DNA of 64,000 bases from a virus, in the IMG/VR virus record IMGVR_UViG_3300037225_001468, positions 1 through 64,000 of that record; one strand, written 5' to 3'. Below, one piece after another: positions 20,301-28,938 of the stretch (position 1 is the stretch's first letter; every line of letters begins with the position of its first letter). Made by a program: the position numbers and the translations under genes. A model generated the notes under the pieces. The model made no database searches, was not told where the DNA came from, and was given only the letters and a program-made list of their open reading frames with translations.

Positions 20301-22070
20301 TCTTCTAATATAGATGTTGAGGTAAAGGGATATGTTCAGTTTTATTTTGCTAATAATTTATCTTTATCTAATATACAGGAAGACACTTTACACTCTCAGG
20401 TTTTATTTGATTCTAATAGAGTTACTACTATAAACGGAAGAGGAATAGTCACATTAAAACCTAGAGCAGATGATATAATTAAAAACATTATGTCTAATTT
20501 ATCTTTTGAAGAGGATAAGAAAAATTTAAGATATAAAATTATTATTCAATCTATTATATATGATAATATTTATTTTGGTAGGAATTTTATCCATATAGTT
20601 TCATTATTTGAAAATATATATAGTTATGGAGATAATGTATGTATAGATTCAAGCACTAATATAAATATTAAATCATTAAATAATTCTTTAGAAGATAATT
20701 CTAAATTTAGTTTAATATCTAATGTTTTATATCAAGAAAAATCTTCTTCTTTAGATTGTATAATATCAAGAGGTCATATTATTGAAATAGAAAATCTTAC
20801 AGAGCATGGGTCGGTTAGTGCTTCTGAGGGAATGTTATTAATTGATAGTGTTAAAGAAGAGGATCCTATAGGAGGATCTCCTTTGTCGGATTCTTTATTT
20901 GATGCTTCTAATGCTCTTTCTCTTGTTTCTTATGATAATATAAAGAAAAATATAGTATCATTTGTTGATAGCGAACCTAATTCTTCTGTGAATTCTCTTG
21001 ATTATATTATTTCCTATATTAATGGGATTGCGGGATATACGAAGGTCCCTGTTATCTGTTCTAATATGTCTGTAATTTCTCCATCTATACAACCTATACT
21101 TGAGAATGGTACCACAAATGTTTTTCTAAACAGAATAACAAAAGAGACAGGTGGACAATCTTTTACTGTTGTATCCAGTTCTTTTATTAATGATGCCATT
21201 GATTTATTGATAGGAAATATGCGTGGAACTTTAGGATACGGTTCTGCTATATATGTTGTTGACCTTTCTGAAATATCTGAAATAAATTGTGTAACAGTAT
21301 TTTTTAATTTATATTCAAACACTAATGGAAAATGGAATATTTCTGTAAGTGATGATAATTATACCTATTCTTCTGTAACGGATAAATTTAGTCCTAATTA
21401 TACAGCTTATTTCGATAAAATATTTGGTAGATATATTAAGTTTAACATGGAACTTTTTAGTGAGTTAAGTTCGTCAAACGAAGAAATTTTAGTTCCTGGA
21501 TCTCCGTCAATAACAGGAATATCTATATCTTACACACCGGAAAAGGTTGATTATTTATATATTAACAAGAAAAATATAGGATCAGAAGTTCAGCAGGTTG
21601 TTATTTCTACTAATTCTGATAATAGTTCTTATGGAGTTAATAGCATTAGAGTAGGGACTTCTACATATGACTCTCATAATTGGAGAGATTTCGATACTAT
21701 TTCTAAACCTTCAAAAAAAGAAAGTGGAAAAATTATTATTCCTGTAAGATACGGGACAGCAAGCGGAAACATAATAGAGCAATTAGTTTTTGTTGATGGA
21801 TTTATGTATAAAACTTTATATGGAGGGTGGGACCAGGAATCTATAGTTAATATATATGATAAAAATAATGTTCTCATAAATTATAGTGAATATAAAACAT
21901 ATCCAAGGGAGGGTATAGTTATTTTTAACGCAAAAAGATCGGACAATTGTAGAGTAGAAATTGTAAATCCAAAAGATTTAAGAATTGGACTAAAAATAAT
22001 TAATAAAACTACAAATCAATTCACCTATATTGATGGAGTAGGATATTTAAATAACACAAATCAATTTTAA
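14391..22070 (+). CDS. Giant virion protein: split vWA + LamG/ConA + FN3-like + Kelch repeats
   Basis: VVDNSGSM (MIDAS); WHFGEGNG, FTFMAW, EWHHLAIT, IYIDG (LamG); VYSIGG..VEEYNPITNVW, IYVFGG (Kelch); C-terminal GGSPL/FVDSEPN/ETGG vWA half. Confidence 0.75.
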   Translation: MSIAYAFFTLNGLKIYSLKEWEDIQLIPLSTDIETYNLFFYNAYYKKLNNNDNNIWHIYSNNLYFYNVYYKKLGDISNIWHESETGHSLIISSSYNSFDEYGDRIVIPPSSTESLVVNNFIPSVLTLNNTKVVNDEYGKEDIVLDFPDRVVNIVVDNSGSMTWNDESGLRYDLIKRFIERVSGYKNLGNDKNIWHTYSNNLLFYDVFYKKLGNDISGKYPGSVEYNIIKYGGKYISVLLSATTSDNNPLNPATNIQKIYEQDDFIDDASDFYGVRILRRKDMFSASPIDGEIIFDGIINKLSQTCLIENQTYYYSLYTYDKNYHFSNPTRISVVPRKNLIPKGVKTFYSEVLKGSGIITDNNVVSSWHFGEGNGDIVYDFTGYGDLVSQNYSSVRTQWLNKYEVPVGNSGIRYDSIPSLTIIQDKTIPYKAPFTFMAWFYPFDNSLTNQVIASNDNGVNYDWYVSLSAGNINFHTNNGSNIVSSIGYISQKEWHHLAITVASNGNTNIYIDGVLSNTGTSALSSFSLMSYPSYGNNFRTSIGSGFLGSLSFKGYITEVSIHNIERDVSYVLKYSKPSLVSDRDNGDRLIVLKYSIPNSFDYVGGKVRIVEKYSEVPSNEEDGEVIYDGDALSGDFYKTYKEELILDKTYNFRIFSQNSIGNYSHISDSVNLTVNIPNLSDEARQNLFPISEEIYFPHDLTIKEGNGKNYLKWKIHNLNDLSKRILIYFSTESFPSIEDNNFSGTLVFDGDIDDTGFVHRDLQNNQIYYYTIFSIDRYLRVSDSFRISGTPQSSFDDTGIPLVKINNLSYEIKDENTVNIFWDKLPNIRIVNAYFDQDIVLLAKLTDEFGNLIIKDVNVKLENNIESVIDLQSAEDVFIGENSFVPPNSQDIYNFVMSNMDSGISNGTLKLKLTSANNEFLLKNFKEIIINTKIKLFIPDTSSILDSNGNYTNNLFEYTSSEIKIVLTNPFNLEITNRDNRYINVVCKNSISALDNNVSTEVKKYSGAYVGSSQGFTVRCLMTYRGSPLIGVSSILTSAYTANKNLCDSSLPERGDISSFYNNLTGFSDTGSVQSEILDVNGNPTGEFETVTYSDILLNVPSTAQNILLYIKSSFGGMCFVKKMFLVFDSPLKIDMSVKVPLSDGMSISEQFANVYILDPNYPEDISKRSYPPDNTIVKWELTKLRSVFPDRLIYSTNNVPIVDGIYSYTNSGVTSGVFIGPISGVTTYDTESNIDSIYESDSLKATVLYNGISATDYQVIRILPQSVLGHASASSSFLMEFEDINNNLYTDGQSYIKMIISHDANTSNTKYSSCFRNCMNDKGKTIYELVPGQLVFINTNEPEIEIIWGNVIEDIDTYTGQKTIDITNATIGLGSAYVELSSGINTPVYFRINKNYQNQHSTGFIEKSTECKCIGNGQFINYYNEINVYGSITSIFNGSSIALTGGGDMTNGFPPTIIIPQEPVLIKVVDRKSGNISVKSLVVDGVSDNKIILDISFAGQPVPNGTPINLQIVNNFEEAISLVNSIIYTTNDIISDIDPINIRSYAVVDIEPIPTNVVFDSNLYITVNYDNLGNISRSNVLCIRFVYDAEYSINQSSTVFSSSVNSYDISTNSWTSVSSLKYERGYHCVQGVNNRVYSIGGINNKSIVNYVEEYNPITNVWTEKSSMPTSRMGALSVVVGNYIYVFGGIVYDSINNRVSVCNKTERYNTITNEWISLEDMPSIYLDTVDPVVYGNAYGAIVYNSGVIYILSGIRDISYDGLTVVNNDKVLSYTVATDSWSYSDTILDTEVENYGRIGPWYTFVSGNIFIGGGALQGLDQSLTYPTSIYKYDISTFSFDGAENVFSNIPISSYRTGISAITTPNIFYLAGGSNSSSQNISRFESVNVNSVSLLSSFTTKLSSMVSGKNGLGLGLYSLLGKDYILEVGGVESGRGNNFLKIYNLIRPNSLELNGKQHIEVEIQLLDEENNYPSSNIDVEVKGYVQFYFANNLSLSNIQEDTLHSQVLFDSNRVTTINGRGIVTLKPRADDIIKNIMSNLSFEEDKKNLRYKIIIQSIIYDNIYFGRNFIHIVSLFENIYSYGDNVCIDSSTNINIKSLNNSLEDNSKFSLISNVLYQEKSSSLDCIISRGHIIEIENLTEHGSVSASEGMLLIDSVKEEDPIGGSPLSDSLFDASNALSLVSYDNIKKNIVSFVDSEPNSSVNSLDYIISYINGIAGYTKVPVICSNMSVISPSIQPILENGTTNVFLNRITKETGGQSFTVVSSSFINDAIDLLIGNMRGTLGYGSAIYVVDLSEISEINCVTVFFNLYSNTNGKWNISVSDDNYTYSSVTDKFSPNYTAYFDKIFGRYIKFNMELFSELSSSNEEILVPGSPSITGISISYTPEKVDYLYINKKNIGSEVQQVVISTNSDNSSYGVNSIRVGTSTYDSHNWRDFDTISKPSKKESGKIIIPVRYGTASGNIIEQLVFVDGFMYKTLYGGWDQESIVNIYDKNNVLINYSEYKTYPREGIVIFNAKRSDNCRVEIVNPKDLRIGLKIINKTTNQFTYIDGVGYLNNTNQF
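14499..15037 (+). repeat. Dispersed ~25-aa coding repeat NIWHxYSNNLxFYxVxYKKL
   Basis: Tandem copies at about 14499-14635 and another copy at about 14940-15037. Confidence 0.8.
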
Positions 22071-22099
22071 CACAGTGGAAGACGTATAGGTATAATGAA

Positions 22100-22912
22100 A
22101 TGATGGAAAAAACTCATTTATTTGAAAAATTATATGTTTTTCAGGGTAATCAAATTCCCTATGGGGAGTTAGATTTAATTGTTTTGTCTCATAATGGAAT
22201 AGAAACTACTAAAAAGTTTTTAGATCATTTTTATAAATTTACAGACAATAAATTTTGTAGGCTAATTTGGATAGACAATGGATCATCAGATGGATCGGTG
22301 GAATTTTTAAAAGATTTTTTTGCGCAAAAATTAAAAAATTATGTATTACATTTTTCTAAAGAAAATTTAGGAGTTATTGGAGGAAGAAATTTAGGATATA
22401 ATATTTCTCAAATGATAAATGGTAGAGGGGAACTATTTCCTTATTTAATGTTTCTCGATAATGATCAATATGTAGAAGAAGGATGGCTAGAGCATCATTT
22501 GTCGGTATTAAATAAAGGGTATGATATGATTGGGGTGGAGGCGTGGAAGTTGAGCGATGCTTTTTTGCCTATATTAAAAATACCAAACATAAATTATGAT
22601 TTTTCTTATGTTGGATGTGGAGGTATGTTAATTCGTAGAGAAGTGACTAATAGAATAGGTATATTTGACGAACAATTTAATCCGGCGTATTTCGAGGACC
22701 CCGATTTTAATTTTCGATCTCATGATGCTGGTTTTAAGATAGGATGGAACTGTAAGGCAAAAATAATTCATTTTCCTCATCAGACATTAGGAAAAATGGA
22801 TCAAACAAATAAACATAAAAAACTAATGGACAGTTATACAAAGTTTATAAATAAATGGAAACACAGAAAACCTACAATTTTAAAGCAAAAAGATTTGCCA
22901 GAATTTCATTGA
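22100..22912 (+). CDS. Glycosyltransferase family 2
   Basis: IDNGSSDGS, ENLG..GGRNLG, FLDND, GIFDEQF..YFEDPDF. Confidence 0.9.
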   Translation: MMEKTHLFEKLYVFQGNQIPYGELDLIVLSHNGIETTKKFLDHFYKFTDNKFCRLIWIDNGSSDGSVEFLKDFFAQKLKNYVLHFSKENLGVIGGRNLGYNISQMINGRGELFPYLMFLDNDQYVEEGWLEHHLSVLNKGYDMIGVEAWKLSDAFLPILKIPNINYDFSYVGCGGMLIRREVTNRIGIFDEQFNPAYFEDPDFNFRSHDAGFKIGWNCKAKIIHFPHQTLGKMDQTNKHKKLMDSYTKFINKWKHRKPTILKQKDLPEFH

Positions 22913-22924
22913 AAGAAAAGAATA

Positions 22925-23029
22925 ATGAATATGATATATGCTAATACTATACCTAAGTATAAAGATGTTTTATTTAATAATTGTGATAATGTTAAAATTT
23001 TAGCAAAAATAATTTATGATAAAATATAA
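22925..23029 (+). CDS. Possible 34-aa small ORF between the glycosyltransferases
   Basis: ATG AAT ATG ... ATA TAA fills the intergenic gap; no recognisable motif. Confidence 0.3.
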   Translation: MNMIYANTIPKYKDVLFNNCDNVKILAKIIYDKI

Positions 23030-23064
23030 TTTAGTAATAATTAATTTGATAAGAGTAAATAAAA

Positions 23065-24183
23065 ATGCACATAGCTATATGCTGTAATCATTCTTGGCCA
23101 TTAATCGGAGGCTCTGAGCAAATCGTTAGACAGGTGGCAGAAAGATTAAAAATAAGATATAGTCACGAAAAGGTTACTGTTTATAGTAAATCATTTATCG
23201 GACAGGAAGCGGTTCATAATGGGGTGACGTATAAATCTGTAGATATTTTTCCGGCAAAATTTATTTCTCAACTTATAGATGATCAGGTAGATGAACTTTT
23301 GGTTTATAGTGATTTTTTTTGTCATTGGAATGCTATATTAAGTGCCATAGACGATATTCCTTTTAAAGTATCAATAGCTTTGGTCGGGATGAACTATATG
23401 AGGAAAAATATTTCAGTATTAAATGTTTTTAAGCAAAAAATAGATAAAATTAAAATTATTACTCATTCAGATAAATACATAGATTATTTAACTTGTAAAT
23501 ATTATAATATACCTGTTTCTGTTATTCCAAATGGTGTAGATGTAAATGAGTTTATAGAAAATAAAGATATTAATTTTAGAGAAAAATATAATATAAAAGA
23601 AAAGAAAATTATTCTTTGTGTTTCTAATTTTTTTCCAGGAAAAGGACAAATAGAAACTATTCCAGCATTAGAAGAACTTTGTAGAAATGAAAAAGATTTT
23701 GTTGTTGTTTATATTTGTAGCACTATAAATTTTCCGTTAGGAAAGATTTTAAGACAAAAATGTGAATTACTTTTGAAACAAAAAAATATACCACACAAGA
23801 TTTTATTAGACATTCCAAGAGAATATACAATTCAAGCATTCTTATACTCAGATGTGTTTTTCTTTCCTTCGCAAAAAGAAGTTGCTCCTTTAGTTATTTT
23901 AGAAGCAAGTGCATCAGGACTACCTTGGGTGTCATTTAATGTGGGTAATATATCTGAGTTGTCAGGCGGAATTGTAGTGAAAAATTCGCAGAAAGATATA
24001 GAGAATAATATAATAATAGGAATTGAAGAAAATAAAGAAATGTGTAAAAATTTGAAAAAAATATTAAATAATAGTGATTTAAGGAACAAATTGTCAAAAG
24101 ATGGAAGAAATATGGTTTTAGAAAAATTTGATATAGACGTTGTATCAAAACAGTATAATGATTTATTTTGTAGAGGTTTTTAA
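23065..24183 (+). CDS. Glycosyltransferase family 4 (GT-B)
   Basis: PLIGGSE, VIPNGVD, KGQ, DVFFFPS.KE.APLVILEASASGLP. Confidence 0.9.
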   Translation: MHIAICCNHSWPLIGGSEQIVRQVAERLKIRYSHEKVTVYSKSFIGQEAVHNGVTYKSVDIFPAKFISQLIDDQVDELLVYSDFFCHWNAILSAIDDIPFKVSIALVGMNYMRKNISVLNVFKQKIDKIKIITHSDKYIDYLTCKYYNIPVSVIPNGVDVNEFIENKDINFREKYNIKEKKIILCVSNFFPGKGQIETIPALEELCRNEKDFVVVYICSTINFPLGKILRQKCELLLKQKNIPHKILLDIPREYTIQAFLYSDVFFFPSQKEVAPLVILEASASGLPWVSFNVGNISELSGGIVVKNSQKDIENNIIIGIEENKEMCKNLKKILNNSDLRNKLSKDGRNMVLEKFDIDVVSKQYNDLFCRGF

Positions 24184-24196
24184 TAAGGTATTTTTT

Positions 24197-25393
24197 ATGG
24201 AAAAAAATAAAAAAGCTATTAATGTTTGGACGAATGAAGAGTTATCTCTTTTATATCTGTTAAGGCAAGAAGGTGTTCCATATAAGATCATAGCTGTTGA
24301 ATTAAAAAAAAGTATAAATGCTTGCGAAAAGAAGTATCAATCAACCATTTGGAAAGATATGCCTTTTTATGATCCTATTAAAAATAGAATAAATGAAGAT
24401 TTTAAAAAAGCATATTTAGAAAAAATAACTAAAGCAAACGATAAGAGGTTAGACTCGGAAAAGTTTAAAACAGAAATAATAGCAGATAAAATAGCAACTG
24501 CTGTTTATGCTTTGCCTAATATCTCAAGGGAAGTATATAAATTAAATTCTAAAAGTATAAAAAGTAGTTCAACAGAAGATGTTGGATTGTTGTTTAGTGA
24601 TACACACATTGGACATCATCATACGTTAGAGGAGACCGGTGGTATTAGTGAATATAATGAACAGATCTTTTATAATAGAATAGACATATTAAAGAAAGCT
24701 CTTATTGATATAGTAGATTTACATTCTCATTTATATAAACTTCCTAATTTACATATTTTTTCTTTGGGAGATGTTGTTGCCGGAATGAATTCTGTAGGAA
24801 ATTGGTCTCCTATATATATAAATATGCCTATCTATGATCAGATGGTAGCAGGATTTGAAGCTATATCTAATATGATATATTATTGGCTTGGAAAATTTGA
24901 TACTATAAATTTTTATGGGTGTTATGGAAATCATGGAAGAGGTAGTATTAAAGGTGTAGAAAAAGAATATGTTAATTGGGATTATATTTGTTATAAGTTT
25001 TTAGAAGCGAGATTTAAAGATAATCCAAGAGTTATATTTGATGTTCCAAAAACTTGGTGGATAATGAAAACTATCAGGAATCATAAGTTTTTAATGGTTC
25101 ATGGAGATGATATAAAAGGGGGGTCTATTGTTGGTTTAAGAAATTTTGAACAAAAAATGATAGGAGTTATTAAAGATATTCCTGATTATACACTTGCTGC
25201 TCATTTTCACCATGCCGCAGAAATGACTACCAATCATGGAAGACTTATTTTAAATAGTTCATTTATGGGACCTGATATCTATTCTCTAAAAGATCTTCAA
25301 AATAGCGCTAAGCCAGAACAGAAAATTTTTGGCATACATGATAAGAGAGGTATTACTTGGACATACAATCTGGATTTGAGTAAAGAAAGATAA
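24197..25393 (+). CDS. HTH-fused calcineurin-like metallophosphoesterase
   Basis: N-terminal WTNEEL..L...IAVELKKS..AC..K (Myb/HTH-like); SDTHIG, LGDVV, GNHGR, VHGD, AHFH. Start moved to ATG 24197 to avoid overlap. Confidence 0.8.
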   Translation: MEKNKKAINVWTNEELSLLYLLRQEGVPYKIIAVELKKSINACEKKYQSTIWKDMPFYDPIKNRINEDFKKAYLEKITKANDKRLDSEKFKTEIIADKIATAVYALPNISREVYKLNSKSIKSSSTEDVGLLFSDTHIGHHHTLEETGGISEYNEQIFYNRIDILKKALIDIVDLHSHLYKLPNLHIFSLGDVVAGMNSVGNWSPIYINMPIYDQMVAGFEAISNMIYYWLGKFDTINFYGCYGNHGRGSIKGVEKEYVNWDYICYKFLEARFKDNPRVIFDVPKTWWIMKTIRNHKFLMVHGDDIKGGSIVGLRNFEQKMIGVIKDIPDYTLAAHFHHAAEMTTNHGRLILNSSFMGPDIYSLKDLQNSAKPEQKIFGIHDKRGITWTYNLDLSKER

Positions 25394-25452
25394 AACAAGG
25401 AATTTTTGTTAAAGAATACAATATACTTATATAGTTTTTTTGTTAAAAAAGG

Positions 25453-25941
25453 TTGATAATGATAGATATTCCTAATTGGATAAAAGTTTATATTAAGAAT
25501 TATGTTTGTCCTCAATGTTCAAGTAACATGAGAACGGAAAACGTTTCAGGTATTGGTATTAGATATAGTAGCAAACATAAAAATAAGACAGTTTTATTTT
25601 TTGAATATGTATGTGATAAATGTAATAATCATATTTTTGTTGAATTAGATTTTATGACTATTAAAGATTTTGTAAATAAAATGAGGAATGAAAAAACTGA
25701 TATAGATTCAAATTTAGTAAGGAGGGATACAGATGTATCTACTATAGATAAAAAAGAAAATAAAAGTAGAATATCTATAGAAGAAATTAAACAAATGAAA
25801 GAAGTTTTAGACAAAAGTGTTTATTGGGATGATATATTAATTAATGTAGGATTAACTCAAGAGGAGATAGATAAATATAAAGAGGATGGTATAAAAGAGT
25901 GTAACGATATAAGAAAAGAGAATAAGAATAAAAATGTATAA
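25453..25941 (+). CDS. Zinc-ribbon hypothetical protein
   Basis: CPQC ... CDKC. Confidence 0.6.
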   Translation: MIMIDIPNWIKVYIKNYVCPQCSSNMRTENVSGIGIRYSSKHKNKTVLFFEYVCDKCNNHIFVELDFMTIKDFVNKMRNEKTDIDSNLVRRDTDVSTIDKKENKSRISIEEIKQMKEVLDKSVYWDDILINVGLTQEEIDKYKEDGIKECNDIRKENKNKNV

Positions 25942-26986
25942 AATAAGTCATTTTAAATTAGCTAAGGATATTATAAAATCTGCTTGTTTGTCAAGCAGGT
26001 GTCATTTTTCAGATATTATTATAGAAACTGATGAAAATGGTTTTGTTGGTTTAAAAGATGGTAAGATTTTCTTTGGAAATCCTATAAAGATGCCTATGTC
26101 TGTATATAATATTGTATTTGTTTATTTTAATAATTTTGAAGAAATAAGTGGAGTAAAGTTGTTCTCTTCAGAAAAACAAAAGCAAGAGGTTTATTTAACT
26201 ATATTTAATTTTTTAAGAAGTTTATCTTATTTTTCAATAGATAATTTTGTTTATTATGATACTATTGTGTCAAGAATATATCAATATCCTTTGATATGGA
26301 TATTAATGAAAGATATAATAGAACCTGTTTATAATATTTCTATTAATAATACTAAAGTAATATTAAATAGTAATCCATTAATGGATGTTTCACATTTTAA
26401 CAAGTGTGATGTAGAGGAGGGAGAAGACTTTATCTTTCTTAATGGAGATATATCTTATGAACCTTGTAAACTTGCTTATTTATTAAATTCAGTGTTGGAA
26501 GCTCACGGTTTAGACGCAAATAAAGTTATAAAAAATATTTTAGATTCTGAATTAAAAAATAAACTTATAGGTTTATTAAAGTTAGCTTTTAAAGAAGAAA
26601 ATTTTATTAATGATTTTATTACAACGATATCTTCTTCTGTAGAAATAGATAATAAGATGGAAAGTATGATTTATAATTTTAAGGGAAATAAGACCGCTCA
26701 ATATGAGACAAGAGAATCTACTCAGTCTGGAAATTCTACTGGCTCTTGGTGGTATTTAGGATTAATAGAAAAAATGTTAGAACCAGTTCGCGGTGATGAT
26801 TGGACCGTATATCATAATTTAGAACCTTTCAGAAAAGAATTATGGGACAAAATAGAAAAAGCCAGAAAAAAAGTAGGTCGTGAAGGTTTGAATTATGAAG
26901 CTCTTTTGAGAATACAATCTGGAGAAAATTCTAAAGATAATGTTAAACTTATAGAAAAAATGTTAGGATCTGATAGGGTTTGGTGA
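25934..26986 (+). CDS. Hypothetical protein
   Basis: 350-aa ORF overlapping the upstream stop. Confidence 0.7.
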   Translation: MYKISHFKLAKDIIKSACLSSRCHFSDIIIETDENGFVGLKDGKIFFGNPIKMPMSVYNIVFVYFNNFEEISGVKLFSSEKQKQEVYLTIFNFLRSLSYFSIDNFVYYDTIVSRIYQYPLIWILMKDIIEPVYNISINNTKVILNSNPLMDVSHFNKCDVEEGEDFIFLNGDISYEPCKLAYLLNSVLEAHGLDANKVIKNILDSELKNKLIGLLKLAFKEENFINDFITTISSSVEIDNKMESMIYNFKGNKTAQYETRESTQSGNSTGSWWYLGLIEKMLEPVRGDDWTVYHNLEPFRKELWDKIEKARKKVGREGLNYEALLRIQSGENSKDNVKLIEKMLGSDRVW

Positions 26987-27002
26987 ATAAAAGGATATAA
27001 TA

Positions 27003-27194
27003 ATGAAGAATGAAGATATTATTAGGGAAATTAAAGACGTAATGGCAAAGCTTCAGGGGACTAGTAATCTTTTATTAGATGGAAAAATTATTGTTTCTTA
27101 TAATAGATTATTTGGTATAAATCAAAAATTAGCATATTTACTTAAAAGTATGGTAGAGAGTGAAAATGAAAATATTAAAAACAAAGATATTTGA
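27003..27194 (+). CDS. Hypothetical protein
   Basis: 63 aa, AAGGA SD. Confidence 0.6.
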   Translation: MKNEDIIREIKDVMAKLQGTSNLLLDGKIIVSYNRLFGINQKLAYLLKSMVESENENIKNKDI

Positions 27195-27375
27195 AAAAAT
27201 GGCTTATCCTTCATACGATGATCAGCCGGGATATGTGGATAGGGATGTTTCTGGCGAAGGAGCGTCAATATATATAGACCAGACAGAAATGTCAGATGAA
27301 GAACAAGTAAAAAATAATTGGAAAAAGAAAAAGAAGCAAGAAAAAATAGAAAAAATACCTAAAGGTAGTATTTGA
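27160..27375 (+). CDS. Hypothetical protein
   Basis: 71 aa; likely start ATG 27166; coupled to the next gene. Confidence 0.55.
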   Translation: MKMKILKTKIFEKMAYPSYDDQPGYVDRDVSGEGASIYIDQTEMSDEEQVKNNWKKKKKQEKIEKIPKGSI

Positions 27376-28880
27376 TGACAGATAAGATAAAATTAGTCGT
27401 AACAAACACAGCAACATATATTCAGGGAAAGTTAGAATCTTTAATTTATAAAGATTTAAAGAAATTAATTGGATATAGACCTGAAGATGCTATTTTTAGA
27501 ATGCGTCGTTCTAATAAACACTGGGATGGGATTGTTAGCACATTATGTTATAATAAAGCTTTTTGTCATTGTGCTATAAAAAAAGATGGAACTCATTTTC
27601 CTACTGGATTATTTAATAGGGTTAAAGATTTTTTAATTAGTAAAAATATAGAGTTTGAAGTATTTGATAATAGAGAACAAATAGAAAAAACTTTAAGTTT
27701 AACAATGTCAAAAGAAGGAGAGATAAGAGATTATCAGCAGCAGACGATAAAAGATGCCGTAAAAAGACAAAGAGGCATTATTAAAATGGCGACTGGGGGA
27801 GGTAAGACATATTGTGGGGCTGGAATTATAGCAGAATTAGGCATATCTCCGTTTATATTTTACGTGCCTTCAATAGATCTATTAAAACAAACCAGATCAG
27901 AATTATCTAAATTTTTATTACAAAACGGAAGCAGTTTGAAGGTAGGAGCAATCGGGGGTGGGGAATTTGATATTCAGAATATTAATGTAATGACAACTCA
28001 AACGGCAGTTAAGGCTTGTGGAGCGGAGTATGTAAAATATGACGATGAAGAAAGCGTTGATGACAAAGAAGTTTTGGTAGAAAAAAGAAAAGATATTTTA
28101 GATTTAATATGTTCGGCAAAAGGGATAATCATTGATGAATGTCAACATTGTGCTTCAGAAACTGTTCAAATTATTTCTGATTATTCTATTAATGCTAGAT
28201 ATAGATGGGGGGTATCTGCTACTCCTTACAGGGACCACGGAGATGATATATTAATAGATGCTTGTTTTGGTAGGGTTATTTCTGAAGTTAATGCTTCTTA
28301 TTTAATAAATAAGGGGTATCTGATTAAGCCTGAAATTTTTATAGTTCCAATAAAAGAAGGGATGCCATCGAACTTGAACGGATATCAATCTTATTATAAA
28401 TCTGGAATAGTAGAAAATATAAATAGAAATAAAACTATAGCTAGTATAACTAAAAAATTATATGAACAGGGAAGAAATATTTTAATTCTTTGTAAGCACA
28501 TAGAACATGGTAAAATGTTAAATACGATGATAGAAAATAGTGTATTTTTACACGGAGCTACTTCTGGAGAAGAAAGATTGAGACATTTAGAAAAAATGCG
28601 CAAAAGAGAAGAGAGAATAACAATAGCTAGTATTATTTTTGATGAAGGAATAGACTGTAGAGCATTAGATACTTTAATTTTGAGTGGTAGTGGAAAATCT
28701 TCTACTCGTGCATTACAGAGGATAGGAAGAGTTTTAAGACCGTATGAAATTGATGGATATAAAAAGAAAGATGCTATAGTTATTGATTTTGAAGATCATT
28801 GTAAGTATCTATTACAACATTCTAAAAAGAGAATAAAGATATATAAAACAGAACCAAATTTTAGTATAAAGTATATTTGA
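27372..28880 (+). CDS. SF2 DExD/H helicase (UvsW/ResIII-like)
   Basis: RDYQ Q-motif, MATGGGKT, IIDECQH, SAT, QRIGRVLR. Confidence 0.9.
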   Translation: MMTDKIKLVVTNTATYIQGKLESLIYKDLKKLIGYRPEDAIFRMRRSNKHWDGIVSTLCYNKAFCHCAIKKDGTHFPTGLFNRVKDFLISKNIEFEVFDNREQIEKTLSLTMSKEGEIRDYQQQTIKDAVKRQRGIIKMATGGGKTYCGAGIIAELGISPFIFYVPSIDLLKQTRSELSKFLLQNGSSLKVGAIGGGEFDIQNINVMTTQTAVKACGAEYVKYDDEESVDDKEVLVEKRKDILDLICSAKGIIIDECQHCASETVQIISDYSINARYRWGVSATPYRDHGDDILIDACFGRVISEVNASYLINKGYLIKPEIFIVPIKEGMPSNLNGYQSYYKSGIVENINRNKTIASITKKLYEQGRNILILCKHIEHGKMLNTMIENSVFLHGATSGEERLRHLEKMRKREERITIASIIFDEGIDCRALDTLILSGSGKSSTRALQRIGRVLRPYEIDGYKKKDAIVIDFEDHCKYLLQHSKKRIKIYKTEPNFSIKYI

Positions 28881-28938
28881 CACTTAGAAAACTAAAGTTA
28901 TTTTTATTCAATGATCAAACTTTCATAAGTAGAATACA

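Noticed and set aside
28877-28905. Sigma70 promoter from a perfect TTGACA
   Set aside because: No convincing -10 hexamer at 16-18 nt spacing.
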